DNA of 64,000 nt. Source: Cyanobacteriota bacterium. GTDB lineage: Bacteria > Cyanobacteriota > Cyanobacteriia > PCC-6307 > Cyanobiaceae. A program made the position numbers and the translations under genes. Numbering within the stretch: position 1 is the stretch's first letter; every line of letters starts with the position of its first letter. The notes beneath the pieces are model-generated. The model was given only the letters and a program-made list of their open reading frames with translations, ran no database searches and was not told the DNA's origin. Shown in pieces: positions 28,896-39,715 of this stretch. The DNA is taken from contig JBJOMY010000003.1 in assembly GCA_046052125.1 (NCBI GenBank), positions 96,001-160,000 on the forward strand, given 5' to 3'.

Positions 28896-29552
28896 TCATC
28901 GCCGCAACCAGGGGCGCAGGCTGGCGGCGGTGTCGAGGTCGCTCTGCTGCCGCAAGAGCCCAACGGGAAGCGCAAGCTCTGCCGCCTGCTTCAGGCTCTG
29001 CTGCAGCACCTGATCACTGCCCCAGGCGATGCCGCTCATCAGTCGGCGGCTGCCCTTCAAAAAACCACCCCGGTTGAAGCCGATCAGCCAATAGCCGCCA
29101 TCGAGGGCTGGCCCCAGCACCACCGGAGCTTGATTCAGCTGCGCGAACGCCTGCTCCAGATCGCCGGGTTCAAGCTCCGGAAGATCCGTGCCGATCAACA
29201 CCACCTGCTCAGCGCCAGCCGCAAAGCAGCGGCGCAGCTGGCCGTGCATGCGGCAGCCGAGAGTGCCGCCGCCTTGCGGTACCAGCTGCAGGCTGGGGCA
29301 ACCGCTGCTCGCTTGCAGATGCTGTTGCCAGCGCCTGGATGCCCTGGCGCCCAGCCCAGCCACCGCCAGGCTCAGCTGCGCTGGGCAGGAGGCCGCGGCT
29401 CTTGCTGCTACCGCCAGGGTGTGATCGGTGAGCTGGCGCTGCACTGCCGCGGCGCGGGCGATCGAGCCGATGCTGGCGGCCAGTCGCCGTTTACAGCGGC
29501 CCGGTGCTGGCCAGCGGGCCAGCACCACCAGCTGGCGCCCCGCGATCGCCAT
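28896..29552 (-). CDS. TIGR04282 family transferase (DUF2064/CofC-like)
   Basis: ARWP.PGRCKRRLA, LIGTDLP, LGPALDGGYWLIG, DLD. Confidence 0.9.
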   Translation of the reverse strand: MAIAGRQLVVLARWPAPGRCKRRLAASIGSIARAAAVQRQLTDHTLAVAARAAASCPAQLSLAVAGLGARASRRWQQHLQASSGCPSLQLVPQGGGTLGCRMHGQLRRCFAAGAEQVVLIGTDLPELEPGDLEQAFAQLNQAPVVLGPALDGGYWLIGFNRGGFLKGSRRLMSGIAWGSDQVLQQSLKQAAELALPVGLLRQQSDLDTAASLRPWLRR

Positions 29553-29556
29553 GGCG

Positions 29557-30675
29557 TCAGTTTTGGCGCGGCAGTTCAGCGGGCCGGAGCTGCAGGTTGA
29601 GCTGTTGATCACCCCGCTGCACTTGCATGCTCAGCGCTTCACCCACCCGTCCCTGATCCACGGCTACCTGCACCTCGGAGGGGTTGTCCACCACGCTCTT
29701 GCCCACGCGTTCAATCAGATCGCAGGCCCGCAGGCCGCCGCGGGCCGCTGGGCTGCCGGGCATCACCTCCACCACCACCACGCCGTTGCTCTCCGGCAGC
29801 TGGCATTCGGCGTTGGTGGCATTCACCTCCCTGGCCAGGGTTGGGGTGAGCGAAAGCAACCGCACCCCGATATAGGGATGGGAGGCGCGGCCGCTCTCCA
29901 GGATCTGGGCAGCGATCTGGCGGCCCAGGTTGATCGGGATCGCAAAACTCAGGCCGGCGCCAGGCGCCTTGCGGATGGCGGTGTTGATGCCGATCACCTG
30001 GCCCCGCTCGTTGATCAGCGGTCCGCCGCTGTTGCCGGGATTTACCGCGGCGTCGGTTTGCAGATAGGGCACCCGCTGGCCCTCGCCCACCGCGTTGGTG
30101 CGCTGCACGGCGCTGATGATGCCGGCGGTCACGGTGTTGTCGAGGCCGAGGGGGTTGCCGATGGCGATCGCCCACTCACCGGGGCGCACCTTCTCTGAAT
30201 CGCCCAGTGGGGCCACGGGTAGGCCGGCGGCGGCCACCTTCACCACAGCCACGTCGGTCACGGGGTCGGCACCGAGCACCTTGCCGCGGAAGCTGCGGCC
30301 ATCAGGCAGCGTTACCCCCACCTCACTGGCGCCTTCCACCACGTGGGCATTGGTGAGGATCACCCCATCGGAGCGGGTGATGAAGCCCGAGCCCTGTCCC
30401 TGCTGCTGCTGAATCGAGGGGCCGCCGCCGAACAGGCCGCCCAGCGGGTTCACCACGCGCCGCACCGTGTCGATGCGCACCACGGCGGGGCCCACCTTCT
30501 CCACGGCGCTCACGATGAAGTTGTTGCCGGGCTGCAGGCCAGCGCTCGGTGGGGCATCGCTGACACGGGTGGGATCTCCGCCTCGGCGTCCAGGAAGCCC
30601 CCCGCTGCAGGCGCTGAGAAGCCCTGCCAGCAGCAGGGCGCCGAGCAGGGATGGGCGGCTTGTGATGCGCATCAT
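29557..30675 (-). CDS. HtrA/Deg serine protease with PDZ domain (lipoprotein)
   Basis: [27 protein letters not shown] lipobox. Confidence 0.93.
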   Translation of the reverse strand: MMRITSRPSLLGALLLAGLLSACSGGLPGRRGGDPTRVSDAPPSAGLQPGNNFIVSAVEKVGPAVVRIDTVRRVVNPLGGLFGGGPSIQQQQGQGSGFITRSDGVILTNAHVVEGASEVGVTLPDGRSFRGKVLGADPVTDVAVVKVAAAGLPVAPLGDSEKVRPGEWAIAIGNPLGLDNTVTAGIISAVQRTNAVGEGQRVPYLQTDAAVNPGNSGGPLINERGQVIGINTAIRKAPGAGLSFAIPINLGRQIAAQILESGRASHPYIGVRLLSLTPTLAREVNATNAECQLPESNGVVVVEVMPGSPAARGGLRACDLIERVGKSVVDNPSEVQVAVDQGRVGEALSMQVQRGDQQLNLQLRPAELPRQN

Positions 30676-30736
30676 TGGAGACGGACCCCTCCGGGGACTG
30701 CCCTTATATTCGTGGCCCGGAAGGGTTTGTGTGGCG

Positions 30737-32155
30737 GTGCAGCAAGGCGAAACGCTGTGGCGTCAGGTTCAAGAAGCGCTCCAGGGCAACCTCTCCAAAC
30801 CAACCTTTGAAACCTGGATCCGGCCCGCCCGCTGTGCTGGATTCGAAGGCAGTCAGCTGCAGCTTCTGGCGCCCAACGCCTTCGCCTGCGGGTGGCTGCG
30901 CAAGAACTATCTGGTGACCATCTCGGCCGTGGCCAGCGAGATCGCCGGCCGCAAGATCAGCGTTCAGGTGGAGGCCGGCACCGATCCAGACCTGGCTCAG
31001 GCGCTCAATGGCCATGGCGCTCAGGCCGTTGCGGCTCCGGGTGAGGCCAGCCCTGTAGGTGAATCCTCCTTGCCCGCCGCTGGCCAGCGCCTCCCCACGG
31101 GTGAGGCGCCCCGCAAGTTGGCCCCAGGCCTCAACCCCCGCTACGTGTTCAACCGCTTCGTGGTGGGCCCCAACAGCCGCATGGCCCATGCGGCAGCACT
31201 CGCGGTGGCCGAAGCTCCCGGCCGTGAGTTCAACCCACTGTTTATTTGTGGTGGTGTGGGCTTGGGGAAGACCCACCTGATGCAGGCGATCGGTCACTAC
31301 CGGCTTGAGATCGACCCGGATGCCCGCGTGGCTTACGTGAGCACCGAAACCTTCACCAACGATCTGATCCAGGCCATCCGCAAGGACGGCATGCAGAAGT
31401 TCCGCGATCGCTACCGCGCCGCTGATCTGATCCTGGTGGACGACATTCAGTTCATCGAAGGCAAGGAATACACCCAGGAGGAGTTTTTCCATACGTTCAA
31501 TGCCCTGCACGAGGCGGGCAGGCAAATCGTGATCGCCAGCGATCGGCCGCCTTCGCAGATTCCGCGCCTTCAGGAGCGGTTGATCTCGCGCTTCTCGATG
31601 GGCCTGATCGCTGATATTCAGGCGCCCGATCTGGAAACCCGCATGGCGATCCTGCACAAGAAGGCCGAACACGAGCGGGTGAATCTGCCCAGAGATCTGA
31701 TTCAGTACCTGGCCGGCCGCTTCACCTCCAACATCCGTGAACTCGAAGGCGCCCTCACCCGCGCCGTGGCCTTCGCCTCGATCACCGGTCTGCCGATGAC
31801 GGTGGAATCGGTGGCCCCAATGCTCGATCCCGCCGGCGTGGAGGTGGAGGTGACCCCCGCTCAGGTGTTGAACAAAGTGGCTGAGGTGTTTGGCGTGAGC
31901 GTGGAGGAGATGAAGAGCCCCAGCCGCAAGCGGGCGGTGAGCCAGGCCCGCCAGGTAGGCATGTATCTGATGCGCCAGGGCACCAACCTGTCACTGCCGC
32001 GCATCGGCGATGAATTCGGCGGCAAGGATCACTCCACCGTGATGTACGCCGTGGAGCAGATCGATAAGAAGCTGTCCGCTGATCCGCAACTGGGCCGCCA
32101 GGTGCAGCAGGTGCGCGATCTCCTGCAGATCGATTCGCGGCGCCGCACAAAATGA
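30737..32155 (+). CDS. dnaA: Chromosomal replication initiator
   Basis: [37 protein letters not shown] start approximate. Confidence 0.97.
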   Translation: MQQGETLWRQVQEALQGNLSKPTFETWIRPARCAGFEGSQLQLLAPNAFACGWLRKNYLVTISAVASEIAGRKISVQVEAGTDPDLAQALNGHGAQAVAAPGEASPVGESSLPAAGQRLPTGEAPRKLAPGLNPRYVFNRFVVGPNSRMAHAAALAVAEAPGREFNPLFICGGVGLGKTHLMQAIGHYRLEIDPDARVAYVSTETFTNDLIQAIRKDGMQKFRDRYRAADLILVDDIQFIEGKEYTQEEFFHTFNALHEAGRQIVIASDRPPSQIPRLQERLISRFSMGLIADIQAPDLETRMAILHKKAEHERVNLPRDLIQYLAGRFTSNIRELEGALTRAVAFASITGLPMTVESVAPMLDPAGVEVEVTPAQVLNKVAEVFGVSVEEMKSPSRKRAVSQARQVGMYLMRQGTNLSLPRIGDEFGGKDHSTVMYAVEQIDKKLSADPQLGRQVQQVRDLLQIDSRRRTK

Positions 32156-32158
32156 GCT

Positions 32159-33103
32159 TCAGCCGGTGATCGGTTCGCTCGGATCGAGCCCTTCCACCTG
32201 GCCGGAAAACACCCGGCTGGCCGTGATGTCGTCGGCTTCGATCGTGATCAGATCGAGCTTGGTGAGGTTGCTGCTGTTCATGCGGTTGAACAGGCGATTG
32301 GCTTGACGCATGCGGGCGCGATCGATCGCATTGCGGATCGAGCGGGCGTTGGCGAAGAAGGGCAGTTGCATGCGCCGCTGGATGTAGTCGGCGAAGGCGG
32401 CGAGGGCTTCTTCGCTGAAGCGGTAGTTCTCCTCCGCCAGGATCAGCCGCGCGATCGCCAGCAGTTCCTCGGCGCTGTAATCGGGGAAGTCGATGTGGTT
32501 GGCCACCCGCGAGGAGAGGCCTGGATTGCTCTGATAGAACACATCCATCCGCTCCTTGTAGCCAGCGAAGATCACCACCAGATCGTCGCGGTTGTTCTCC
32601 ATCACCTGGAGCAGGATCTCAATCGCTTCGGCGCCGTAATCGCGTTCGTTTTCGGGGCGATAGAGGTAGTAGGCCTCATCGATGAACAGCACCCCGCCCA
32701 TCGCTTTTTTGAGGATTTCGCGGGTTTTCGGTGCGGTGTGGCCGATGTACTGACCCACCAGATCGTCGCGGGTGGCGGTGACCACGTGGCCTTTGCGCAC
32801 GTAGCCAAGGCGGTGCAGGATCTGCGACATCCGTGCCGCCACCGTGGTTTTGCCCGTGCCAGGCCGGCCTGTGAACGACATATGCAGGCTCGGTGCCGTG
32901 GTGGCCAGGCCCACCTGCTTGCGGGCCCGGTCCACCACCAGCAGCGCCGCAATCTCGCGGATGCGGGTTTTCACCGGGCGTAGGCCGATCAGTTCCTCAT
33001 CCAGCTGCGCCAGCACCTCATGCACCTGGGCCCCCTCAAAGGCGGCTTGAAGATCCACCGGTGTGTCGTCCGGCGTTGGCGGCGCTTGCTCAGACGAGGC
33101 CAT
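32159..33103 (-). CDS. cbbX: RuBisCO activase CbbX
   Basis: [32 protein letters not shown]. Confidence 0.95.
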   Translation of the reverse strand: MASSEQAPPTPDDTPVDLQAAFEGAQVHEVLAQLDEELIGLRPVKTRIREIAALLVVDRARKQVGLATTAPSLHMSFTGRPGTGKTTVAARMSQILHRLGYVRKGHVVTATRDDLVGQYIGHTAPKTREILKKAMGGVLFIDEAYYLYRPENERDYGAEAIEILLQVMENNRDDLVVIFAGYKERMDVFYQSNPGLSSRVANHIDFPDYSAEELLAIARLILAEENYRFSEEALAAFADYIQRRMQLPFFANARSIRNAIDRARMRQANRLFNRMNSSNLTKLDLITIEADDITASRVFSGQVEGLDPSEPITG

Positions 33104-33344
33104 CGATCGCGGCAGCGAAAGCGTGGTCAGCCTCGCTGATCGCGGTGTCTTCGCCTTCTGCCCGCAGGGTGATGTTCACGTATGTACGCCCGAAGCTGAT
33201 GTCTGGGTAGCGCCCCTCGGCCTCACAAAAATCGTTGAGCCGATCGAGAAAGGCGCGGTTGCTGGCGTAATCGCTGAATTCGATCCGGCGCTCCAGCCAC
33301 TCGATGCGATCGGGCTTGGGCCGGGGGTTCCACTGGTGATCCAT
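33090..33344 (-). CDS. Pterin-4a-carbinolamine dehydratase-like RuBisCO assembly factor (acRAF)
   Basis: LERRIEF..Y...FLDRL...[15 protein letters not shown]; cso locus context. Confidence 0.88.
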   Translation of the reverse strand: MDHQWNPRPKPDRIEWLERRIEFSDYASNRAFLDRLNDFCEAEGRYPDISFGRTYVNITLRAEGEDTAISEADHAFAAAIDGLV

Positions 33345-33354
33345 GGCTTCGAAC

Positions 33355-34497
33355 TTACGCTGCTAGGCAATCCGTGCGGGCGATGCCTAGGCGCTGGGCC
33401 CAGGCATCCGCGTAAGCGGCGTTGGCGGCCTGGGCTGCGGCATCGCTGCTGCTCAGCGGGTGGGGCATGGTGCCGTTGATGGCTGCGTTGGTCACGCAGA
33501 ACATCGACTTCTGGAAGCTCATGCAGATCTTCACGCGCACATCGCCTTCGCCGCGGGTGCGCTCGAGATACCACTGGTGCAGCTTCTCGGGCAGGTGGCG
33601 GTACATGTCCTGCATCAGCAGGCTCGGGGGAATGCCCGCCCCCATGCTCGGCAGCGCGTCGGCATAGAGCGCGCCGTAGGTGAATTGGGCCTGATCGGGG
33701 GAGATCTGCTGGGCCTGGGCGTTGAAGCTCACGGTGCCCAGGAACGGCATTCCCCGCAGGAACACCGCCTCCACGTAGGGCACGGCCACATCCACCAGGA
33801 AGGTGAGGCCCGCCTCCGGTGGCAGCACCCAGTAGCGCTCGCCATTGATCACCACCCCGTAGTTGATCGGATTGGCTGCGGCGGCCACGAGTCCGTCTTT
33901 GATGAACTCCACCACCTGGGGAATGCTGCGCACACGGCCGTCTCGCTCGGCGGCGGCCAGATCGAGGAACAGATCGCTCATCACCCGCCAGAACTGCCCA
34001 AGCGCATGGGTGGTGGCCGCCGAGCGGATCAGTTCCGGCAGGAAGCCGGGAAACAGAGGATTCAGCAGCGCCAGCAGCGGGTCGCGGCGGCGTTTGGCCG
34101 CAATGATGCGGCGGCAGTTCTCGGCGAACTCGGCTGAATCGAGGTAGGCATCCATGCCACCGGTGGCATGCCAGAACATCGCCTTCTGGCAGTACTCCGC
34201 ATATTCGAAGTTGATGCGGTCGTGGTTCAGGTGGCGCCAGATTTTGGCGGGATTGAGATCACCGTCGAGATATTTGAAGAGTGGGAACGGATTGAGAAAC
34301 TGCTCTTCCGCCTGATAGATCAGGTTGATGCTGTAGGCATCGAGCACCTCGCCATAGCTCTCCAGCACACCCACAACCTCCAGCAGGTGGTCGGGCGTGT
34401 CGATGAGCAGGGTTTCGCCGGCCAGCAGGCGGCGTTTCACTTCCTGCTGATCGATCGAGAGATTGGCCTGAACCAGATCCTGGGAAATAACAGGCAT
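33355..34497 (-). CDS. cupB: CO2 hydration protein, constitutive type (ChpX)
   Basis: HDRINFEYAEYC, AGIPP..LMQDM; follows ndhF4/ndhD4. Confidence 0.92.
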   Translation of the reverse strand: MPVISQDLVQANLSIDQQEVKRRLLAGETLLIDTPDHLLEVVGVLESYGEVLDAYSINLIYQAEEQFLNPFPLFKYLDGDLNPAKIWRHLNHDRINFEYAEYCQKAMFWHATGGMDAYLDSAEFAENCRRIIAAKRRRDPLLALLNPLFPGFLPELIRSAATTHALGQFWRVMSDLFLDLAAAERDGRVRSIPQVVEFIKDGLVAAAANPINYGVVINGERYWVLPPEAGLTFLVDVAVPYVEAVFLRGMPFLGTVSFNAQAQQISPDQAQFTYGALYADALPSMGAGIPPSLLMQDMYRHLPEKLHQWYLERTRGEGDVRVKICMSFQKSMFCVTNAAINGTMPHPLSSSDAAAQAANAAYADAWAQRLGIARTDCLAA

Positions 34498-34498
34498 C

Positions 34499-36007
34499 TC
34501 AGCTCACTCCTCCGTTGAGGGTGGCGAGGGCCGTGGTGGCCGCTTCGCTCAGATGGCCGAGGCTGCTGGGCACCAGACCGATAAACACAATGCCGGCGGC
34601 CAGTGCCAGGGCTGGGATGGTTTCTCGTGGAGCCACCGTGTTCAGCTGAACATCCAGGCGGGAGTCGGCGATTGGATCGCCGCTGGGCGGGGTGATCGCC
34701 AAGCGGCCAAAGAAGGCCCGGTTCACCAGCAGCAGGAAATACACCGCCGTCAGGCCTGAACCCACCATCGAGAGCAAGGTGGCCAGGGGGAAGGCGGCGA
34801 TGCTGCCGCGGAACACCAGGAATTCGGAGATGAACCCGGCCATGCTGGGGAGTCCCGCACTCGCCATCACGGCAACAATCATCAGCGAGCCGGTGAGTGG
34901 AAGGCCCCGTTCGGGGTTCAGCAAGCCCCGCAACACCTCCAGATCGCGCGTGCCGGTTTTGCGGTAAACGATGCCAACCAGTAGGAACAGCAGCGCTGAG
35001 ATGAGGCCGTGGCTCACCATCTGGAACACGGCTCCCAACAGGCTTACGGGGGTGTTGGCCGCGGCGGCCAGCAACACGTAGCCCATGTGGCCCACGGAGC
35101 TGTAGGCCACCATCCGCTTCATGTCGGTCTGGGCGATGGCGGCTAGGGATCCGTACAGCACAGAAATCGCGGCCCAGATCGCCAGGCCTGGAGCCAGTTT
35201 TGCCCAGGCCTCGGGGAACAGCTGCAGGCCAAACCGCAGCAGTCCGTAGGTACCCAGCTTGAGCAACACACCCGCCAGCAACACAGACACCGGCGTGGAG
35301 GCCTGGGTGTGGGTGTCAGGCAGCCAGTTGTGCAGAGGCACCAGCGGGATCTTGATGCCGAAGCCGATCAGCAGCGCTCCCAGCAGCCAGAGCTGGCCGC
35401 CCATCGCCAGCCGCTCGCTGAGCACCGGCGTGAGGCTGAAATCCACCGTGCCCGTGAGCAGCGCCAGGCCGAGGAAAGCTCCCAGGATCAGCATCCCGGA
35501 GATGGCGGTGAAGATCAGGAATTTCGTTGCTGCATAGGCCCGGTTCACACCGCCCCACACCGACACCAACAGCCAGAGCGGAATCAGCTCCAGTTCATAG
35601 AAGAGGAAGAACAGCAGCAGGTTTTCTGCCAGGAATGCACCATTCACCGCACCGCTGATCAGCAGCAGCATCGCGAAGTAGAGGCGTGGGCGCTTGCTGA
35701 TGTCGCGCGTGATCACGGCTGACACAAGGGTGAGGGCGCCGTTGATCAGCACCAGCGGCAGCGACAGACCATCCACACCCAGGGCGTAATCGAGGCCGAT
35801 ACCAGGCAGCCAGCGATGCAGCTCCTGGAGCTGCATGCCCGCTTGATCCGGGTTGAACTGCAGCGCGGTGACCACGCTCATCGCGAGCTGCAGCACCAGG
35901 ATCGCGATCGTGATCTGGCGCAGCCGGCCCGGGCTTGGGTTGCCCGGCCACAGCATCAGAGCCAGGGTTCCCAGAAAGGGAATCAGCAGGAGGGAAGAGA
36001 GCAGCAT
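34499..36007 (-). CDS. ndhD4: NDH-1 subunit D4
   Basis: NuoM-family motifs; in operon with cupB. Confidence 0.9.
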   Translation of the reverse strand: MLLSSLLLIPFLGTLALMLWPGNPSPGRLRQITIAILVLQLAMSVVTALQFNPDQAGMQLQELHRWLPGIGLDYALGVDGLSLPLVLINGALTLVSAVITRDISKRPRLYFAMLLLISGAVNGAFLAENLLLFFLFYELELIPLWLLVSVWGGVNRAYAATKFLIFTAISGMLILGAFLGLALLTGTVDFSLTPVLSERLAMGGQLWLLGALLIGFGIKIPLVPLHNWLPDTHTQASTPVSVLLAGVLLKLGTYGLLRFGLQLFPEAWAKLAPGLAIWAAISVLYGSLAAIAQTDMKRMVAYSSVGHMGYVLLAAAANTPVSLLGAVFQMVSHGLISALLFLLVGIVYRKTGTRDLEVLRGLLNPERGLPLTGSLMIVAVMASAGLPSMAGFISEFLVFRGSIAAFPLATLLSMVGSGLTAVYFLLLVNRAFFGRLAITPPSGDPIADSRLDVQLNTVAPRETIPALALAAGIVFIGLVPSSLGHLSEAATTALATLNGGVS

Positions 36008-36012
36008 CGGCT

Positions 36013-37875
36013 TCAGCTCACACCCCGCAGCACCTGCAGCCCGCCGATGAACAGCACCACTGCCAGCACCACCGTGAGCACGTAGCTCTGCAGCTGGCCG
36101 CTCACGGTGAGCTTCAGGCCTTCTGCAGTGGCGAGCGATAGCCGGCCCAAGCCGTCCACGCTGCCCTTGATCACGGTGATGTCAAACCAGCGGGTGAAGG
36201 TGGCGAGGGAGGCCACCAGGTTCACGATCGTGCGGCGATAAATCTCAGGTGTGTAGAAGTCGTAAGCGAGCAGGTCTTGCACCACGCGCACCAACGGCTG
36301 ACGCGAGCGCGACCAGAATTCATCCAAGGGCGTTAACGCACCAAGCAGGATCCCAAGCAGGCCGCTGCCGATCACGGCTGCTGCCACCGGCAGCGAGAAG
36401 GCGCTGATGCCGGGCACCGGATCAATGCGCTGCATGATCGCTGGCAGCAGCAGCACGATCACGGTGAGGCTCACCATCGGTAGGGCCATCAGCCAGTTCA
36501 CCTCAGGGGTTCGCTTGGTTTTGGGCATGGCGGGGCCCATGAACACCGAGCGGTACACGCGGGTGACGTTCGCTGCCGCCAGCACGTTGGTGAGCAGAAA
36601 GATCACGGCAAAGGCCGGAGCCATCTGGCGGAAGTTTTCCACCAGCAAGCCGTAACACCAGAAACCCCCTAAGGGCAGCAGGCCCACCACCCCGGCACTC
36701 CCCACCAGGAACGCCGAAGCGGTGGCTGGCATCCGTGTGCCCAGGCCGCCGAGCTCGGTGAGGTCTTGGCAATTGGTGGTGGCGATGATGCTGCCCACAC
36801 TCATGAACTGCAGTGCCCGGGCCAGACCGGTGGCAAACAGCAACAGCAGGGCAAGGCCCGGCTGTTGCAGGGCAATCGCGATGAACACCAGCCCCAGATA
36901 GGAGGTGGTGGAGTAGCTGAAGGCGCGCTTGAGATCCACCTGGGCAATGGCCACCAGGCCACCGCCGAGGGCGCTGATCGTGCCCACGGCCAGCAGCACG
37001 GTGGTGGCCACCGGCGACACCGCCACCACCGGCATCAGCTTGAGCAACACAATCGCGCCGCAGGCCACCACCACCGAATTGCGCAGGATCGAGGCGGGGT
37101 TGGGACCCTCCATCGCCTCGTCCAGCCAGAGGTGCATGGGGAATTGGGCGCACTTGCCCATCGGGCCAGCGATCAGGCCAAGGCCCAGCAGGGTTCCCGC
37201 CAGAGGCGTGATCAGGTTTTGTTCCCTGGCCTGGGCTGCCCAGGCATAGAGATCGGTGAATTCCATCGAGCCCGCCCAGGCGGACACGGCCACCACGCCC
37301 ATCAGCAGCAGCACATCACCAACGCGCTTGGTGAGGAAGGCATCGCGGGCGGCGGTGACCACCAGGGGCTGGGCGTACCAGAACCCCACTAATAAATAGG
37401 TGGAGAGGGTGAGCATCTCCAGCAGGAAATAGCTCATGAACAGGTTGCTGCTGAGCACCACCCCGCTCATCGCTCCTTCAAAGAACCCCACGAGCGCGTA
37501 GAAGCGCGCCAGCGACCACTCCTTATCGAGGTAGCCGAGCGCGAACACCTGGCACACCAGGCTCATCGTGGTCACGAACTCCAGCGCCGCCAGGTTGGTG
37601 AGCGAGAGATCGAAGCCGATGCGCAGGTTGAGGTCGGCGGCCTCAAACCAGGGAAAGTCGAGGTGTTGCGGCCCCAGGTTCACCACTTCGCTGATGGCCA
37701 AGCTGCCGTGCAACACGGCCAGCAGCGTGACCAGAAGGTTCAGATAGGCGGCAGGCCTGGGACCGTTGCGTTTGATCCATCCCGTGGCCCAGGGCAACGA
37801 CAGCAGCATCCCGCTGAAGCCGTAGAGCGGCACCAGCCAGATCAGCTGCAGCGGAAGCGGGAGGGCGTCGCTCAA
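36013..37875 (-). CDS. ndhF4: NDH-1 subunit F4
   Basis: GPRPAAY, KCAQFPMHLWLDEAMEGP; in operon with cupB. Confidence 0.9.
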   Translation of the reverse strand: MSDALPLPLQLIWLVPLYGFSGMLLSLPWATGWIKRNGPRPAAYLNLLVTLLAVLHGSLAISEVVNLGPQHLDFPWFEAADLNLRIGFDLSLTNLAALEFVTTMSLVCQVFALGYLDKEWSLARFYALVGFFEGAMSGVVLSSNLFMSYFLLEMLTLSTYLLVGFWYAQPLVVTAARDAFLTKRVGDVLLLMGVVAVSAWAGSMEFTDLYAWAAQAREQNLITPLAGTLLGLGLIAGPMGKCAQFPMHLWLDEAMEGPNPASILRNSVVVACGAIVLLKLMPVVAVSPVATTVLLAVGTISALGGGLVAIAQVDLKRAFSYSTTSYLGLVFIAIALQQPGLALLLLFATGLARALQFMSVGSIIATTNCQDLTELGGLGTRMPATASAFLVGSAGVVGLLPLGGFWCYGLLVENFRQMAPAFAVIFLLTNVLAAANVTRVYRSVFMGPAMPKTKRTPEVNWLMALPMVSLTVIVLLLPAIMQRIDPVPGISAFSLPVAAAVIGSGLLGILLGALTPLDEFWSRSRQPLVRVVQDLLAYDFYTPEIYRRTIVNLVASLATFTRWFDITVIKGSVDGLGRLSLATAEGLKLTVSGQLQSYVLTVVLAVVLFIGGLQVLRGVS

Positions 37876-37911
37876 AAACCAGGAACCTGTGAGTGGCGGA
37901 CTCTAATGAGT

Positions 37912-38427
37912 TCAGAAGGTGGCTCTGGAGCGGGGATCGCGGCGGGCCGTGTTGCTGGCGCTATAGAGCGCATAACCGCGGCGACGGCGACCGCCAAGCT
38001 GCTGCAGCCAGGCCTCGAGGTCGCGTCTGTGGTGATGTTCGTCTTCCAGAAGGGACTGAAAAAACGCACCATTGGCTTCGTCGTTGATCACGGCGCAGAA
38101 GCGTGCAGCCTCGGCGTAGTGATCCACGAGCTGTTGCTCGAGGTCGGCATTCTGCTCAAGCAAGCCGAGCAGATCGGGTGCATGGGTCACCGGCTGCAGC
38201 TGGGAAGCGGCGGGTGCCACCCCCAGTTGCAGCATGTGCTGCACGATCCGCTCAGCGTGCTGCATTTCCTCCACCGTTTCCTCGCGGAACTTTGCGGCGG
38301 AGGCCTCATCTCCCCAGAGCCCCACGAGGGAGGCCTGGGTCATGTATTGCTGCACAGCGGTGAGCTCAAGGCTCAGGGCGCGGCCCAGATAGCCCAGGAC
38401 GCGCGGATGGGCGGCGTCCATGTTCAT
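37912..38427 (-). CDS. Bacterioferritin-like carboxysome-locus protein
   Basis: LELTAVQQY, EEMQHA, EDEHHH ferritin-like helices. Confidence 0.85.
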   Translation of the reverse strand: MNMDAAHPRVLGYLGRALSLELTAVQQYMTQASLVGLWGDEASAAKFREETVEEMQHAERIVQHMLQLGVAPAASQLQPVTHAPDLLGLLEQNADLEQQLVDHYAEAARFCAVINDEANGAFFQSLLEDEHHHRRDLEAWLQQLGGRRRRGYALYSASNTARRDPRSRATF

Positions 38428-39056
38428 CAGGCGCGGCGGTTGTTGGTGCTGATCAGAACGGGCTCCACTTCGGTGTGGGGGCGGGCAATGATGTGGGCTG
38501 CCACCAGGCCATCACCCACGCGCTCGCAGGCGTCGGCGCCGGCGCGCACTGCGGCGTTCACGGCACCTGTTTCGCCACGCACCAGCACGGTCACATAGCC
38601 GCCGCCCACGAATTCACGGGCGATCAGGCTCACCTCAGCGGCCTTGGTCATCGCGTCAGCAGCCTCGATGGCAGGCACCAGACCGCGGGTTTCGATCATG
38701 CCGAGGGCGATGCCTTGAACGGAAGAGGCCATGGGGAAAAGGCTGCTGGATGAGGATGGACGGTTGTTGCCACCACCGCCGCTGGTGCCACCGCTGTTGG
38801 CCTTGCGGGCCGTGGTGGGCTGGGAGGCGCGGGTGCTGGTGCTGGGCTTGGCGCTGGCGACGGCTTTGGTCGCCACGGTCTGGGCCGTGACCGTGACAGC
38901 CGTGCTCGGTTGAGCAACGGGCTGGACCGGAGCAGCCGGCTGGGCTGCCGGTGCTGGGATAGCCGTCACCGGCGTGGTCGGGGTAGCAGCGGCTTTCGAC
39001 GCTGCCGCCTTACCGGAGGCCGAGGTGTTGGTGGCTCGGGATCTGGGAGTGGCCAT
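38427..39056 (-). CDS. csoS1E: BMC-H shell protein with low-complexity N-terminal extension
   Basis: Ala/Pro/Thr-rich N-terminus followed by [24 protein letters not shown]. Confidence 0.9.
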   Translation of the reverse strand: MATPRSRATNTSASGKAAASKAAATPTTPVTAIPAPAAQPAAPVQPVAQPSTAVTVTAQTVATKAVASAKPSTSTRASQPTTARKANSGGTSGGGGNNRPSSSSSLFPMASSVQGIALGMIETRGLVPAIEAADAMTKAAEVSLIAREFVGGGYVTVLVRGETGAVNAAVRAGADACERVGDGLVAAHIIARPHTEVEPVLISTNNRRA

Positions 39057-39148
39057 GGCGGTGGTGGGCTATGCCCTGGAAGGGGTCGCGTGGAAACGGG
39101 ATGGACCCGGAGCTGGAGGAGAGGCACCGGGAGGAACGGGTTGGTTCC

Positions 39149-39400
39149 TTAGCCGTCGGGCGACCAGTGGTCGATGATTCCGCCGATCGTGAGATCGGTG
39201 AATAGGTCGGCGTTGCCGGTGGCGTGCCGTGCGGCGGAGCCGCTTGCTGTGAACACCCAGTTGCCTGGGGAGGCGCCCACGGGGTCACAGGCCACGCTGA
39301 GCTTGCCCTTGGGGGTGCGCAGGATGCGCAGGTTTTGGTGGGCGAAGCCCTCCACACGGTTGGTGCAGACCAGTGAGCCCATCACCTGCATGATTTCCAT
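39149..39400 (-). CDS. csoS4B: Carboxysome pentamer B
   Basis: MEIMQV...DPVG..PGNWVF..SGSAAR. Confidence 0.93.
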   Translation of the reverse strand: MEIMQVMGSLVCTNRVEGFAHQNLRILRTPKGKLSVACDPVGASPGNWVFTASGSAARHATGNADLFTDLTIGGIIDHWSPDG

Positions 39401-39714
39401 TACTTCGCGCCTCCACTGCCGCTCGGTGCGCCGGGATTGGCGGGCTTGCCGGCGGCCATCTCCTTGGCGGCATCGGGATCCCAGTGGTCAATGATCCCCA
39501 CGATCGTGAGATCGCTCGGATACGACTTGCTTCCGGCTGCTTCGCGGGCGGCCGAGCTGCCCACGCAGATCACCCAATCGCCAGGAATGGCGCCCACGGC
39601 ATCCACGGCCACCTTCTGGGTGCTGCCATCGAGCACCACCTGGAGATGCTTGTGCTGGAAGTCGGCGATGCGGTTGGTAGAAACCAGTGGTTTCAGCACT
39701 TTGCAGATCAACAT
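39400..39714 (-). CDS. csoS4A: Carboxysome pentamer A
   Basis: MLICKV.KPLVSTNRI...VGSSAARE. Confidence 0.93.
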   Translation of the reverse strand: MLICKVLKPLVSTNRIADFQHKHLQVVLDGSTQKVAVDAVGAIPGDWVICVGSSAAREAAGSKSYPSDLTIVGIIDHWDPDAAKEMAAGKPANPGAPSGSGGAK

Positions 39715-39715
39715 C

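Noticed and set aside
30676..30736. Possible oriC next to dnaA
   Set aside because: No cluster of DnaA boxes or AT-rich unwinding element seen, and dnaN is not adjacent
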